This document shows, piece after piece, positions 21,138-35,647 of a DNA stretch of 64,000 nt. The notes beneath the pieces are model-generated. The model did no database searches and was not told where the DNA came from. It saw nothing but the letters and a program-made list of their open reading frames with translations. The position numbers and the translations under genes are program-made. Every line of letters begins with the position of its first letter. The first letter of the stretch is position 1. This DNA is from the human T2T-CHM13v2.0 reference genome, Homo sapiens. The DNA lies in the NCBI RefSeq assembly GCF_009914755.1, contig NC_060926.1; one strand, written 5' to 3'.

Positions 21138-22101
21138 CTAGAAAACAAAGCAGGGACATTTCAGAACCTGGAGGATCCACGCTGACCCACTGGACCGTCC
21201 CCCTGGGGGAGGAATGAACACAAGGAGAGCCAGTCCCTGAGGGTTCACCCTTAAGGTCAGGAAAGGCCTCGGGCCAAATGCCCTTCGACGCACCTGAAGC
21301 CCCTCGGATGCTCAACATGTGATCTGTGATTTTCCCCTTAAGAAAAAGGTAAAAACATACTCTGCGGCAAGTTACAGTGACATCGACACATCTTTGGAGC
21401 AGACATCTGGCCTTTGGCCCCATGTTTAGATGGATCTGGGAGCCTGTGTCTGCAAGCCTCACCTCACGCGGCTCACTGGTGGCCGGAACAGTGACATGCA
21501 CCCAGGACAGAAGGACTGTGGGGCCTTCCTCCCAGGCCAGGAGCTGCTCTGACAGATGCTTCCTCTGAACCTGTGTGTGGCCCCCTCACCGGGACACTGC
21601 CCATAGCTGTAATGCCAGAACCCGCTCTAACCTCACAGAGGGCACAAGTGTCCATGCCCCCAAAATCCCTGCAAGGTCTCAATGCCCTCAGCTCCTGTGG
21701 GAACCCCTCATCCAGGAAGAACACTAACTGCTTTTTAACTAACTTAAATTTAACGTAACTACAATTCAGCTTAGCTACTTTTTAGTATTTCTACTAGGGT
21801 GAGAAATGAACCCCCGCAGTTGTGTCGTAAACCCTGGTCCATCAGTCAGACCAGATCTCTCAGGGCTTCGAAGCACAGTGCTCCTCTCCCTCCGACGGTG
21901 GTTGCTGGGGAAGGGTGGAGAGGAAGGAGCTTGGCAGCCATGAGCAGGGACCTCCCTCCCTGGACCCAAGGTCCTTCCTGGGTAAAGGAGCGAGCTGGAG
22001 AGCTTGCCGGGTGCGAGGCCTGTGCCACACGCAAGCCCGCACTGCAGAGCACAGCAGCTTCCTCCCAGGGAACGGGAGCCAGGCGCCCAGGGCAGCCCCA
22101 C

Positions 22102-22362
22102 CTTGCCCAGGAGCTCCGTCTTTCCGTAACCAAACAGTGTCAGCGCGAAGCTGTGGTTGATGCCGTGGATGGTCCCATCCGGCAGGAGGGTGATGAGGCC
22201 ACTGATGGTGCAGAACACCCAGACAGATGCCCGGTAGCCGCTCACAGGGGCCGCCTCACCGGTGGTCGCCTCCTCGCTGCTGGGTTGGGATTTCAGCTTT
22301 AAGCTCAGAGGGAAGGTGGTACCGTCCCTGGCTCTTCCAACAGACCTCTGAATCTTGAGATT
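22102..22362 (-). CDS. PASK: PASK exon 7 (NLKIQRSVGRARDG...GKTELLGK; PAS-like)
   Basis: Acceptor ctttcag ending at 22363, donor AAG|GTGGGG at 22101; 261 nt. Confidence 0.95.
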
Positions 22363-23050
22363 CTGAAAGAAAGGCTTGTCGTTTGGCTTAAGCCGTGTTT
22401 CACGTGGACAGAGCACTGAGTCTGTGCTGCGTCCGACCCGACTTCTACCCCACGTCATCGGGGAAGGTCCCCAGGACATCTCACACCCACACTGCTCTGC
22501 CTTCCCTCTCCTCCCAGGCCCAGCTGGCCCAGGAAAGAGCCCTTCTGTGGGTGGGGAGGACTCAGTGTCCAGAGCCGCCCCAGGCACAGCAACCCCAGGG
22601 CAAGTGAGACACCCCAGTGAGGGGCCAGGCACCAGCAGGGAGGGAGGGAGGGAGGACTGTGGGGCTCAGGCTCGGGGCTCAGCCACGCCACTGGCAACTG
22701 TGCCATCCTTGATCTGGCACCAGGATACTGGCCCCACAGGCAGCACTACACCAGCTGCGCAGCTGTGGATGTTACCTCCCACCCCTCAGCCTTGGGCAGC
22801 GTCCCAGCATCCACCTCTGTGGGTGGCCCAGCTCCTGGGAGAAGACTCAGGGGACAAGAGTGGTCAGCTGGGAGACCACATAGGCTCCGGCCCTTGGTCA
22901 AGGCCTCAGCGCACAGGAAGCTCAAAACTGAGCATGTCCCACCCCTAAGGCCACCCTTGCCTTCAGAAACCCTTGGTCTGCGTCTCCAGTTATGGATTCA
23001 GAGCTAAGAACTCCACCCCATCACACAGTGCGGGAGGTCAGGAGCCCTAC

Positions 23051-23185
23051 CTTTGGGATGTGCTGGCCAGAAGGAGGGAGCTGCACAGAAGGGATCAGGT
23101 CTGTGATATGCTGCCCAGCCACGTCCTCCCCAGACACGTACCCGTGAAGATGAGCAAAGAGACTGTCACATGACGTGATGGTGCC
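23051..23185 (-). CDS. PASK: PASK exon 6 (GTITSCDSLFAHLHGY...QHIPK)
   Basis: Acceptor tccag ending at 23186, donor AAG|GTAGGG at 23050; 135 nt. Confidence 0.95.
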
Positions 23186-23479
23186 CTGGAGGAAAAGCCC
23201 CGTGCTTATCATAAAAGCTTCTTGTGCTCCAGCTGTAAATTTAACTAAGCTTCAATATGTTCAAGCCAAAAGCAAGACCCCAACATGACTTCTCCATCGG
23301 AAGGGCAAGAGACATATACACATGAATTTGATAAGAGCTTCATCATCTGTCTCCTTCTACCAGAGACATACCTAAATTGTGGGCCTTCTTGTTCTTCAGG
23401 AGCCTGGCCCACACCACAGCTCATTAATAACATCCCAGTTCACATATGAGGGCTGTCTCTAATGCCAGCTACTATCCTG

Positions 23480-23600
23480 GGGGGTTTACATATATTATCT
23501 CATTTAAATGTTGAAACAATCTTATGAGGAGTTATGATTATGCCCCAGTTCACAGGTGAGGAACTGAAGTATAGGAAGTTCGTTCCCTGCCCAAGCACAC
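23480..23600 (-). mobile_element. MIR fragment
   Basis: TTATCTCATTTAA...CCCAGTTCACAGGTGAGGAACTGAAG...TGCCCAAG core. Confidence 0.7.
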
Positions 23601-23751
23601 GCAATCAGCGAGGGTACCACTGGGCAGACCCTCCAGGCTCCTCATCCTCTCTTTCTTCCCAAAGGAATGAGACAGGGACCAGCACTTGCTGAAGAGGAGA
23701 ACGACGCCGGCTCCAGCGTCCATGAGACATGAGGCAAAGTTGCACACTCAC

Positions 23752-23892
23752 ATCGCTCTGGAAAGCGACCCAGGTCGAGACCCTCTCCACGGGCTCCAGG
23801 ACCACCACGCAGCATAGGCGGCGCTCCTGCCGCATCCTCTTCATCCACACAGACACTGGAATCTTCTCCCCACTACGGCTGATGATGTCCAC
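23752..23892 (-). CDS. PASK: PASK exon 5 (VDIISRSGEKIPVSVWMK...VAFQSD; PAS-A C-terminal part)
   Basis: Acceptor ccacag ending at 23893, donor GAT|GTGAGT at 23751; 141 nt. Confidence 0.95.
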
Positions 23893-24982
23893 CTGTGGAA
23901 ACAGACAGGTTCACACCTGCATGCCATGAACCCAAAAGACCAGTATGGGTGGGGCACCTGCCTCCAGGAGGCCCAAACTCCAGGCACTGCAACGTTTTCA
24001 ACTTCTGCTTACCTGATTTTCATTTCAGAAATTTACCAAAGCACAAACAAGATTTCCCATACTGAACATTAAAATCTCCAAGTGCAAGTTTTATCAAGAG
24101 AGTAGATTTCATTCTCAGTTCATGGTAATATTGCAGGGTGAAAAAAGCAGTATCTGTTATTTCTTAAAGAAACAGACACCAACACATGGTGAATATCTTA
24201 GTTTTTTTCTTCTTAGTAGTCAGTTTCTTGAACCAGTGATTTTCTGATACAATTGGTCCTAAGCCTGTGACATCAGTTCAGTTCAAGCAATGGGGTCTTC
24301 TGTGTGAAAGCCACACACTAGGTGGGAAACAGGCAACCTGGAGGATCTGGATGACTACTAGAGCCTCAGATCATACCCCAACCTCCACTGCCCTCCAACG
24401 CTACTCCCCCAGTCCCCGACCGGCTGACGAGGGGAAACCCTACAATCAGCCATGCCTTGGGCTTTTTCCATGCCTTGGGCTCAGTCCTCCACATCCAACT
24501 CAGCTCACCTGTCAACATCCAGGTTGGACACATGGCACAGGTGAGAGAATCAACACTGTCTAGGGAAATGCTTCCAGGCCAACACCCCCGCCCGCTCCCA
24601 CAAACACCAAACAGAATGTAAAAATCAATAGACAATAAAACCATATTACTCTTGAGCATCTGATGTGCTGCCCGGCAGGACTGCAAAACGTTAGTGAAGC
24701 TACAGCCCTCAGACAAAGCAAGGGCCACCCACGACACCTCCCAGGAGTCCAGCCACAGCCACAGTGTCCATTCCTGCGATGATTCGTTCTTAAAGGGCCC
24801 CCACCCCCACTGCAGCTGAAGCGGGGAAACGGCGCCTGGGATGACATTTTCAGCTGAAGAAGCTGAGATGTCCTGGTGCCACCCAACCCCCAGCAGAGCT
24901 CCTGGTAGGGAACACCGAGCTGTTCCTGCCACACACTGCTGGTCTTGAGGCCAGACTGAACGCTGCACCCGCATCCACTCAC

Positions 24983-25515
<533 letters not shown>

Positions 25516-25618
25516 CCCAAATGTTTTTCTAATTGCATTAAAACACACAAATCCCAGGTTTAAGGCACAAACCACAAATCCACATCTACACAGCTGGATC
25601 TAAAAGAGAAGCAAATAC

Positions 25619-25851
25619 CTCTGTGGTCTTGGCATCCACCGTGAAGATGGCCTTGTTAGGGTTGCACACAGGGGCCGGAAGCAGAGGTGAGGACCACCCT
25701 GAGGACAGTCCCCGCAGCAGGGAGCAGCAGGACACACTGCCCCGCGGTTCGGACGGGTCCGTGTGCTCAGGGGCAGCAGGGCAGTGCAGTTTACTTGTAC
25801 AAATATTCTGGGCAGCCAGTGATGATAGACAATAGGAGCTCCATCTGTCTT
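25619..25851 (-). CDS. PASK: PASK exon 3 (EDRWSSYCLSSLAAQNIC...NPNKAIFTVDAKTTE)
   Basis: Acceptor ttttcag ending at 25852, donor GAG|GTATTT at 25618; 233 nt, phase 1/0. Confidence 0.95.
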
Positions 25852-26105
25852 CTGAAAAGAGAAGCGAAGCGAAGCTTTAGACTTCACACAGCTGCCAGAG
25901 TCCACCTTCTGAAACAGGCAAAGCACACAGCCCTTGCCCTCAACTCCTGCAAAAAGATCTAAGGATTAAGTCAGTCTGCACAGCTAACACACACTCTCAC
26001 TGCGTGTCTGAACATGGTCCCCAGAATCCACTTAGGCAACCACCAGGTCCACTCGGAAGCACAAACAGCATAAGATCAACACTTCTGTGTCTAAATTACA
26101 TTCAA

Positions 26106-26395
26106 AGCCAGGCGTGCCTATAATCCCAGTTCTTTGGAAGGCTGAGGCAGGAAGGTTGCTTGAGTTCAGGAGTTCAAGACCAGCCTGGACAACACAGCGA
26201 GACCCTGTCCCTACTAAAAATAAAATTTGTAAAAATCAGTTGGGCATAGTGGCGTGCCCTTGCAGCCCCATCTACTCAGGAGGCTAAGGCAGGAGGATTG
26301 CCTGAGCCCAGGAGTTTGAGACTGCAGCGAGCTATGACTGCGCCACTGCACTCCAGCCTGAGCAACAGTCAGACCTTGTCCCAAAAAACAAAAAA
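26106..26395 (+). mobile_element. AluJ-like
   Basis: Diverged full Alu. Confidence 0.88.
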
Positions 26396-27934
26396 GCTTA
26401 ATTACACTCAAAGGTTCCTTCCTTCCCACCTTCTGTCCTCTGTCAGTCATTCCAAGACCCCATGGCCACTCCGGTGGCTGCCCCGTCACCTCCTCCTTGG
26501 AAGCGTTCCTACGATTCAAGAGCTCCTTGTGCAGCGTTCTCTCAGCAACGCCTCCAATGGCTCCCAAAACCCTCAGCCCCGTCATTCCTCAGGCCTCACC
26601 CTCCTCCCACACCACCCTCCTCGGGCACCTGGGCTCCCCCACCTCCCACCTCTCAGTGACCCTGGCTCCATCTCACCCATTCCTCGGTAGCTTTAAATAC
26701 ATCTAATTAGAAATGCACTGAAGACTCTCACACTCGCACCTCCAGCCTGGACCTCCCACGGCCCACTCGCCTGCTTCCCCATCTCTGGAGACACCAGATA
26801 CATTCTTCCAGTGCTCAAAACCAAGCACTCAAGACCTGACCCTTCCATTTCTCTCCCATCCCCTCCCCTCCATGTCCTCCAGCCAGGACCCCTGACTTTC
26901 TCAGTGAGTGGCCTGACCCCGACCATTCTCTGAGGCTGGAAACCACGTGGCCATCCAGCCACTCTCGCCCCTGCTCTTCCCCAGACAGCAGTCACCAAGC
27001 GCAGCTCCTTCTCATGTCTCAAGGCCCTGTACCTCCGGCTCCCACCCCTGCTCCTCATGCAGCCACCAGAATGATGCTCCAAAAAAGGAACACACCTGTC
27101 AACACTCACTGAGAACATTCCTGATCAGCGCCTGGGTGAAGCCCACTCCCAAGGGCGCTGTGTGCCTCCCAGCCCACCCCTCCCTGCAGTATCCTGGGCA
27201 CTCTCCACAGGGCCCTCCGCTCTACACCCTCAGACACTCCAGTGCACAAGCTCAGCTCCAACACCCTCCTACTCCAGTGTCGAAGTGCTCCTTGACCTGG
27301 AGACCAGACTCCCAGCCACCATTTCCCGCAGCTCTATGCCCCACTTCCCCATTTTCCAGGTCTACCCCAACTTCAAGCACACAGCCTGCTGTCTCCCCAA
27401 GTGCCTCCATCAGACAGCCCCTGAAAGGCAAGTGACGCTTCCTTCCTCACCATGGCCCAGACCTTTGGGGTGCCTCGACAAAGGAGGCACCAACGGAATC
27501 TGGACATAGGAGGCACCAACAGACTTCTGCCCCATGATTCTTGGTCCACCAGCTAAACCGCGTTTAGCTCAGTAAACTGCACGAGCAAAGCTGCAATTCC
27601 CTAAGTAAAATAGCCTAACCTAGAACAGCGTTCTCACATACTCTAAAGTAAGAAATAACATTTTGTTGTAACTTGACCCTGAAATGTGAAGGTGAGTTCC
27701 ACCTGCTGCCTGAAAAGAAGCGCCAGCTGCCTGGGAATCACAGCAGAGTAAAAGCAGCAGGAAGGGTCCTGCCGGAGTCATCTGCCAGCATGAGCCGAGC
27801 ACTTAAACCACGAACTTTTCTCTGCAGGAATAGAGTGACTTCAATCCCTGGTGAGAGGGTTTCCATGAGAACACAGAGCAACTCCACATTTGTATTTCCA
27901 CGCGATAAGGCCTGCAGTGGTCGAAGGTCATTAC

Positions 27935-28130
27935 CAGAGAGCGCCGTCCTGCTCTGGCAGAGTCTGGAAAGCCCATTCCTTCTGCTCAGGTGTCTGTGGG
28001 CTGAGGAAAACGACCTGCTGGGCTCAGCAGTGGTCTGTGCAGCTGGGCCCTCTGCTGACACTGGCAAGGGGAGGCTCTGGGAAAGGCATCTCTGGTCCTC
28101 TTCAAAGGCTGTTAAGCCCCCGTCCTCCAT
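27935..28130 (-). CDS. PASK: PASK exon 2 coding part (MEDGGLTAFEEDQRCLSQ...RTALS); exon begins at 28172 with 42 nt of 5'UTR
   Basis: ATG at 28130-28128 (CCCATGG); acceptor ttttctag ending at 28173; donor CTG|GTAATG at 27934; 196 nt. Confidence 0.96.
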
Positions 28131-28357
28131 GGGAAGAAGGGAGGCCAACTGCCAAGCTTCCACCTCTAACAACTAGAAAACAACATGAAGCTGATTAACA
28201 TCTGCAATGCAAAAACACAAAGACAGTTTAACCAACTAATTCATAATGCTGAGTTCAGCTCGGCCCCAAAAGACATACACCACCAACCGCCATCCTGGGT
28301 CAGAACCCGCGATGGGAGAATGGTCCACCCAAAGTGGTGCTAAAAGAAGCTCTTTCC

Positions 28358-28867
<510 letters not shown>

Positions 28868-29178
28868 CTAAACAGTGAGTCCTGACCATCCGACCAGCTG
28901 TGCACAGAATCACCTGGGTGCTGCCAACAAGTGAGGTCGCGGGGGCCATGGCCAAGAGGCCATGTCTCCTAGAGACAGGCCTGGCACCAGAGATTTGTAT
29001 TTTTAGCTTTTCTCTTATACATGATTCAAATGCTGATACAGGGTGGAAATACAGGAAAATCTCACATACTCTTCCGAGTTCCCTCTCATGGTGACATCTT
29101 ACAGGAGAGTGTCACAGCCAGGAAACTGACTTGATACCATCCATCAGCCTCGTCCAGATTTCAAGGCATTTACCTGCA

Positions 29179-29278
29179 GGTGTGTGTGTGTGGGGGTGTG
29201 CGTGTGTGTCCATGCGTGTGTGTGCGTGTGCACATGTGTACATGAGCGTGTGTGTGTGCGCGCATGTGAGCACGTGTT
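29179..29278. repeat. Imperfect (GT)n/(GC)n alternating purine-pyrimidine microsatellite
   Basis: GTGTGTGTGTGTG...GTGTGTGCGCGCATGTG. Confidence 0.85.
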
Positions 29279-29672
29279 CCATGCAGTCTTGTCACATGTA
29301 TACATTCATGTGACCACCCTGCAGAGTGGAGATACTTAAGAGTTCCATCCTGCATATTGGCAAGCACTTGAAACACAAGTACACATTTACCAATACCCTG
29401 TCCTCATGGCCAAACTCAACAAAAAGAGCCCTTAAAGCAAGAAGATTTCCTCTACTGGCAGGAAGCCCCCACCTGGTCATCCAGGCTTTAGATAAACAGC
29501 AAGAGGAGGCTGTGGCCAATACCAGAACCATGGCTGGAGTTTCCCCCACGAAATGAGGAGACCCTGGGGCCAAGGCAAGCCCAACCACACCCCATATACC
29601 CTCTTCTGGACCACCTTCTGGGTATCCAGAACCCCAGAGTTCCCAGCCAAAGGGTCTGGTGCCCACTTCTAA

Positions 29673-30350
<678 letters not shown>

Positions 30351-30709
30351 TTTTTTTAACTAGGAGATGAGGTCTCACTATGGTGCCCAGGGCATAAAAG
30401 ATCTGATCTGTGGAAGTCAAAACACTAAACTTTTTAGCCAGGCAGGTCTCGTGGCCTGCACCTATAGTCCGAGCCACTCTAGAAGCTAAGGCAGGATAAT
30501 TGCTTGAGCCCAGGGAGATGGAGGCCAGCCTAGGCAACAAAGCGAGACCTGTCAAACCAAATAAAATATAAAATAAAATCACTAAGTTTTTAGGAGAAAA
30601 GAGGCTATCTGTAAGACTTTGGGGTAGGGAAAGTTTTCTTAAACAAGGCACAAAAAACTCTAGCTATAAAATAAGATTAATAAGTTTAACATTAAAATTG
30701 AGAACACAT

Positions 30710-31155
<446 letters not shown>

Positions 31156-32467
31156 TTAATATCCAGAATAGCTTTAAAAGATCAACTATTTAAAATTTAA
31201 ACATTTTTAAAAGACACATGGCCCAATAAAAAATGTCAAGAAATAGGAACAAGCGTTTTACAGGAGAGGAAATCCTAATCATGATAATGTTATACCTACT
31301 AAGTCAGCAGAAATGAAGAATCTAGTAATACCCAATGTCAAAAAGGATTTGGATCAACAGGAACTCTTAATACATTAATATAATCTCTTTAGAAAACAAT
31401 TCAAGTGAAACATTTGTCTATATGGATACAGCACTTTTCACTTAGATTTATATTTCAGAGAAATTTTTGCAAACAGATAAGAAGACACCAGAATGTTCGG
31501 GACAATATGGTTCTCAATGGCAAAGAGACAGGCAGAAAAAAGGGAGGGAAGAAAGGGAGGGAGTGCGGGAGAGAGGGAGGAAAAAAGGAAATGAAACCCA
31601 AACACTCTTTAAAAAGAAGATAGATTTTAAATTCTGGTATATTCATACCACTAATTACAGCAGTGAAAACAAATGAACTACACACAAGGGTGAATCTTAG
31701 CCATATACAAGTGGAAAAAATCAAGTTACGGAAGACAATCAGCAGGAGGATTCCTTTGTCATGAAATAATCTAAATAAGTAGTTCAGGGAAACACACCTA
31801 TGTAATTAAACTACTTCTTAAATAAGAGACTGGTAAACCTAAATTTCAGGCAGGTGGTTCCCTCTGGGTCAGGCAGGTGCAAGAGTGGGGAAGAGGCACA
31901 AGGGCACAGGTCCCCTGATTTCCTAGGGTGATGGGTTCAAATGCATCCACTCTGCTGGTACAATTCATGACTAACACTGCCTTTATTCTTTTGTATGAAT
32001 AAACTGATACGGCCAAAAAATTCAGAGACATTCACACACAAACCCAGCCTAGGACCCTGGAAGGCAAAGGCTCTGCAAACCTGCAGATGTGTAGGAAGCT
32101 ATTACATATAGGGTTTGGGGTTCGAGTGTGCAGCTTTCCTACAAGCAGCAACAATGAATGGGACCTTTAGTTACAGGTTTACATCTCCTTCTCTAAGCAT
32201 CCAAATGCACTAATTATTGCCATAATAAATAACAATGACATGATTATAGTGTGAGGCAGTTTTTTCTACTTTTAGAACCAACCTATAGACAAAGCTCAGG
32301 ACACTTAATTATAGCTTCAGAATACATTGTAAATGTTGTAAAACCTTACTTTCTTAAAAAAGTAATATAACTCTTCAGAATACATTGTTAGAAAACTTTA
32401 ATTCCTAAAAAATATAACTCTTCAGACTGCAATGTCAATGTTACAAAACTATTTTAAAAAGTCATAT

Positions 32468-32749
<282 letters not shown>

Positions 32750-34513
32750 CTATTCAGAATATATTGTAAATGTTACAGAAGTTTCTTTGTAAAAGTAACT
32801 AACATGAAATGGAAAGGGGGAAAAAAAGCAAAGGGAGGGTAAGGGCATGCAATTTTTTTGTCCTTCATGGGAGAAAGTAAATAAATACCAACTAAAGTTG
32901 TGGAAGTTTAATTAGGTTACTGAGAGTTACAAGCCTATCCAGGAGGGAAACTGATGGGACCCTCTGCGGGAGCGGGGAGGACAGCAGGAAAGATGCATCC
33001 TTTTTCCCGCTGTGCCTCCTGGGCATCTGAGGTCCACGTGGGCCAGTTTGTCACTGAACAGCATAGGCCCCTGGAGCCTCCCGTGCACTCCACAGCCACA
33101 GCCTGGCCTCAAGAAAGAACAGAGTCTGGCTTCACATGACCTTAGATCACTAAATTTTGACTCAGACGTTAACCAGAAATACCTGCACGTCCAGGCCCAA
33201 ATTTTTAAAATTGTCCTTTGTATCCACTGTGAGCTGCAGACACGGGAACCCAAACCCAGCAGACAGCACCTAATGGTGCCACCGAGTAACCATATTCCCA
33301 TTGCTAGTTTTGATTCCAGAAGACACAAGTGACCCCACCTCAGACCAAACAGAAGCAAGGACAACTTTGCAGGGAGCATCTCGGCGAACTTCTAGAAGCA
33401 ACTGTCCCCCTCCCACCAGAACATAAGCTAAGAAGCAAACAGCTCCCATTGCTGTCAGCACAGCTGTACAACAAAAAGGAGAACCAGTTTCAGGATGAGG
33501 CCAACAAGGTGAACAGTGCAGTAGAACACAGCAAGGATGTCAGTCCTGGAGGAGGCACCTGCAGAGCCGGGCCCTTCCAAGCAGAGTGAAGAAGTCTTTC
33601 AGAGGCAAAGCCTCCCAGAGAGGAGTTCAGTACCCAGAAGAGTAGGTGGACGTGGGCCTGGAAGGGCCAAGCATGAGCCCAGAGCCTCCTATGCCTGCCC
33701 AAAGTCTTAATTTTATCCCCAAAATGAACTTTTAAGGATTCAATGCTTAGGAGTAACATGGCCAGATATGCATTTTACAAAGATTACTCCAGGGACCATG
33801 TCGGTGCAAGGCTGGAAAGCAGGAGAAAGGCTACAGTAATCCAGGCAAGAAATTATAAAGTCTTAAATTAAGGTAGCAGCAGAAAGATGAAGAGAGGGAA
33901 CCCCTAAGAGAAAAATGGACATCGAATGGTACTGAGATGCGGAAGGTAAGGACGAGAAAGGCCTCAAGACGGCAGCGCAGGCCCCTGCCGTACTCTGGGA
34001 AAGAAAAATTAGTGAAAAAATTAAGGCTCAAGTCCAGGTCTTTGCTGTAACCACGAGCGCCGGCGGCGCGCGCCCCCGACCCCGCGGCGCCGGCTGAGCC
34101 CGCAGGGACCCACACGCCCAGTGCAGGAGGCTGGCGGGATCCGGGCTGGTTCTCCTGGAGCTCGCCCCGCAGGGCCGGCTGCGGTGAAGAGAGCGCAGGG
34201 TCCCGAGGCGACCCGAGGCGCGGGGCCTCGGCGCCCACCGGGCAGGCTACACTGAAGGGCACCCCGAAGACGCTGGGGGCGCGGGGCCCAGGGCCAACGG
34301 CCGCAACCCCGCCGCGATTTGGGCACGGAAAGGACGCGGGCTCGGCGGTGCGCGAAGGGCGACGGGCGCAGGGGCGGGAGACCCGGGGTCGGGCTGGTCT
34401 AAGAGTCGGGCGGCGGATCCTCCTGGGCCAGGGGCGCGGAGCCGCGCAGGCCCCACAGCCGCCCTGGGGAGATGGCGGAGCCCGGCCCGCTCTCCCGAGC
34501 GCAGGTATCTCAC

Positions 34514-34555
34514 CTGGATCAGGCGAGGGTCACGCCAAGCCGGCTACACACCACG
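34514..34555 (-). other. PASK: PASK non-coding exon 1 (5' end approximate)
   Basis: Strong donor CAG|GTGAGA at 34513; TATA-like GATAAAA at 34581-34575 about 25-30 nt upstream. Confidence 0.75.
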
Positions 34556-34804
34556 GAAAGGAGCCCTTCCGCGCTTTTATCCCACCGACCAATCGCACAG
34601 CGACTCGCACCGATTGACAAGCTCCACGGACCAGCCACTTGCGCGTATGGGCGGGACTAAGCTAGCCAGAGTCTAGAAGCCCGCGCTAAGGGTTGCTAGG
34701 GACGCACCAAACACCCCTACGGCGCTTCGGAGGAGCCAAAGGAATAATGGGCGCCTCCGCCCCCGGGCCGGGCAGATGCGGTTTCCTCCCGACTCGCGAT
34801 CAAA

Positions 34805-34808
34805 ATGG
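34805..34808 (+). CDS. PPP1R7: Probable alternative first coding exon end of PPP1R7 (ATG G|GTGAGT), giving MVDRRVE... on splicing to exon 2
   Basis: AAAATGG followed by a consensus donor GTGAGT at 34809; phase 1 matches exon 2. Confidence 0.6.
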
Positions 34809-35438
34809 GTGAGTAGCGCAGAGCTCGCCTCTTGGAGGCCTCTTTCTGAAGGCGGAGGACGCGGGGCGGCTCGTTCATGGGCCGGGTGGCTCCGCAGGGT
34901 AGACGAAGGCTGCAGCGTCCGCACTGGGCTGGGAACGACTTGCAAGGGGAGCCCAGCTGGCGCCCCGGAGCCAGCCAGCTGGCTAGCGGCCCCACCAGCG
35001 CAAGTGCCCCGCACCTGCCCGCCTGCTCCGAGCGTCAAGAGAAGGCGGCATTTCGCATGGGTAAAATCCGCGCGGGGACGCCGGGAGAATGTTGTTGCTC
35101 TTGCCGTTCGGCCCATTGTACAGACGCAGCCAGCAAGGCTCGCAGAGGTCAGGGATGCACGTAGGACTGGCCCGCACCTTGCAGCCACGGAAAGATCCGC
35201 CTGGCCCGCGGCCCCTCCACGCCTCCGAGGTCGAGACAGTGACATAAGTCAACTCTCGAGCCCAGGGCGTCTCTCCACTCTGCCTAGACGTCCACTCCGT
35301 CTGCCTGCAGCTACGGCTCTGTGCGTCCCGCTTCGACTCCCTCTGCTTTCCTTCCCAGCTTCTCGCCTCCAGACTGTTCCGGCTCCGCCGCCTGAAATTA
35401 CCTGCTCTGGGGGAGGCGCGGCGCGCGGCCTCATGACG

Positions 35439-35460
35439 GAACTACAACTCCCATGAGGCG
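35439..35460 (+). promoter_or_regulatory. ZNF143/THAP11 ACTACA-SBS motif (GAACTACAACTCCCATGAGGCG)
   Basis: Matches the ACTACAnnTCCCA consensus typical of bidirectional promoters. Confidence 0.8.
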
Positions 35461-35595
35461 CTGGGCCCACGCAGGCGCGGCGCGGCTGAAGTCGCCGCGC
35501 CGGAATCCCATTGGCAGGGCCGGCTCTGAGGCGGGAGCCCTGATTGGCTGAGGGGTCTGAGGCGACAGATTCCGGAAAGGGGAAGAGCAGCCAAC

Positions 35596-35647
35596 ATGGC
35601 GGCGGAACGCGGCGCGGGGCAGCAACAGTCGCAGGAGATGATGGAGG
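35596..35647 (+). CDS. PPP1R7: PPP1R7 exon 1 coding part (MAAERGAGQQQSQEMME)
   Basis: Kozak CCAACATGG; donor AGG|GTGAGC at 35648; 52 nt. Confidence 0.96.

Noticed and set aside
29179-29278. Z-DNA regulatory element at the GT/GC repeat
   Set aside because: A common imperfect microsatellite, ~5 kb from the TSS; nothing supports a function
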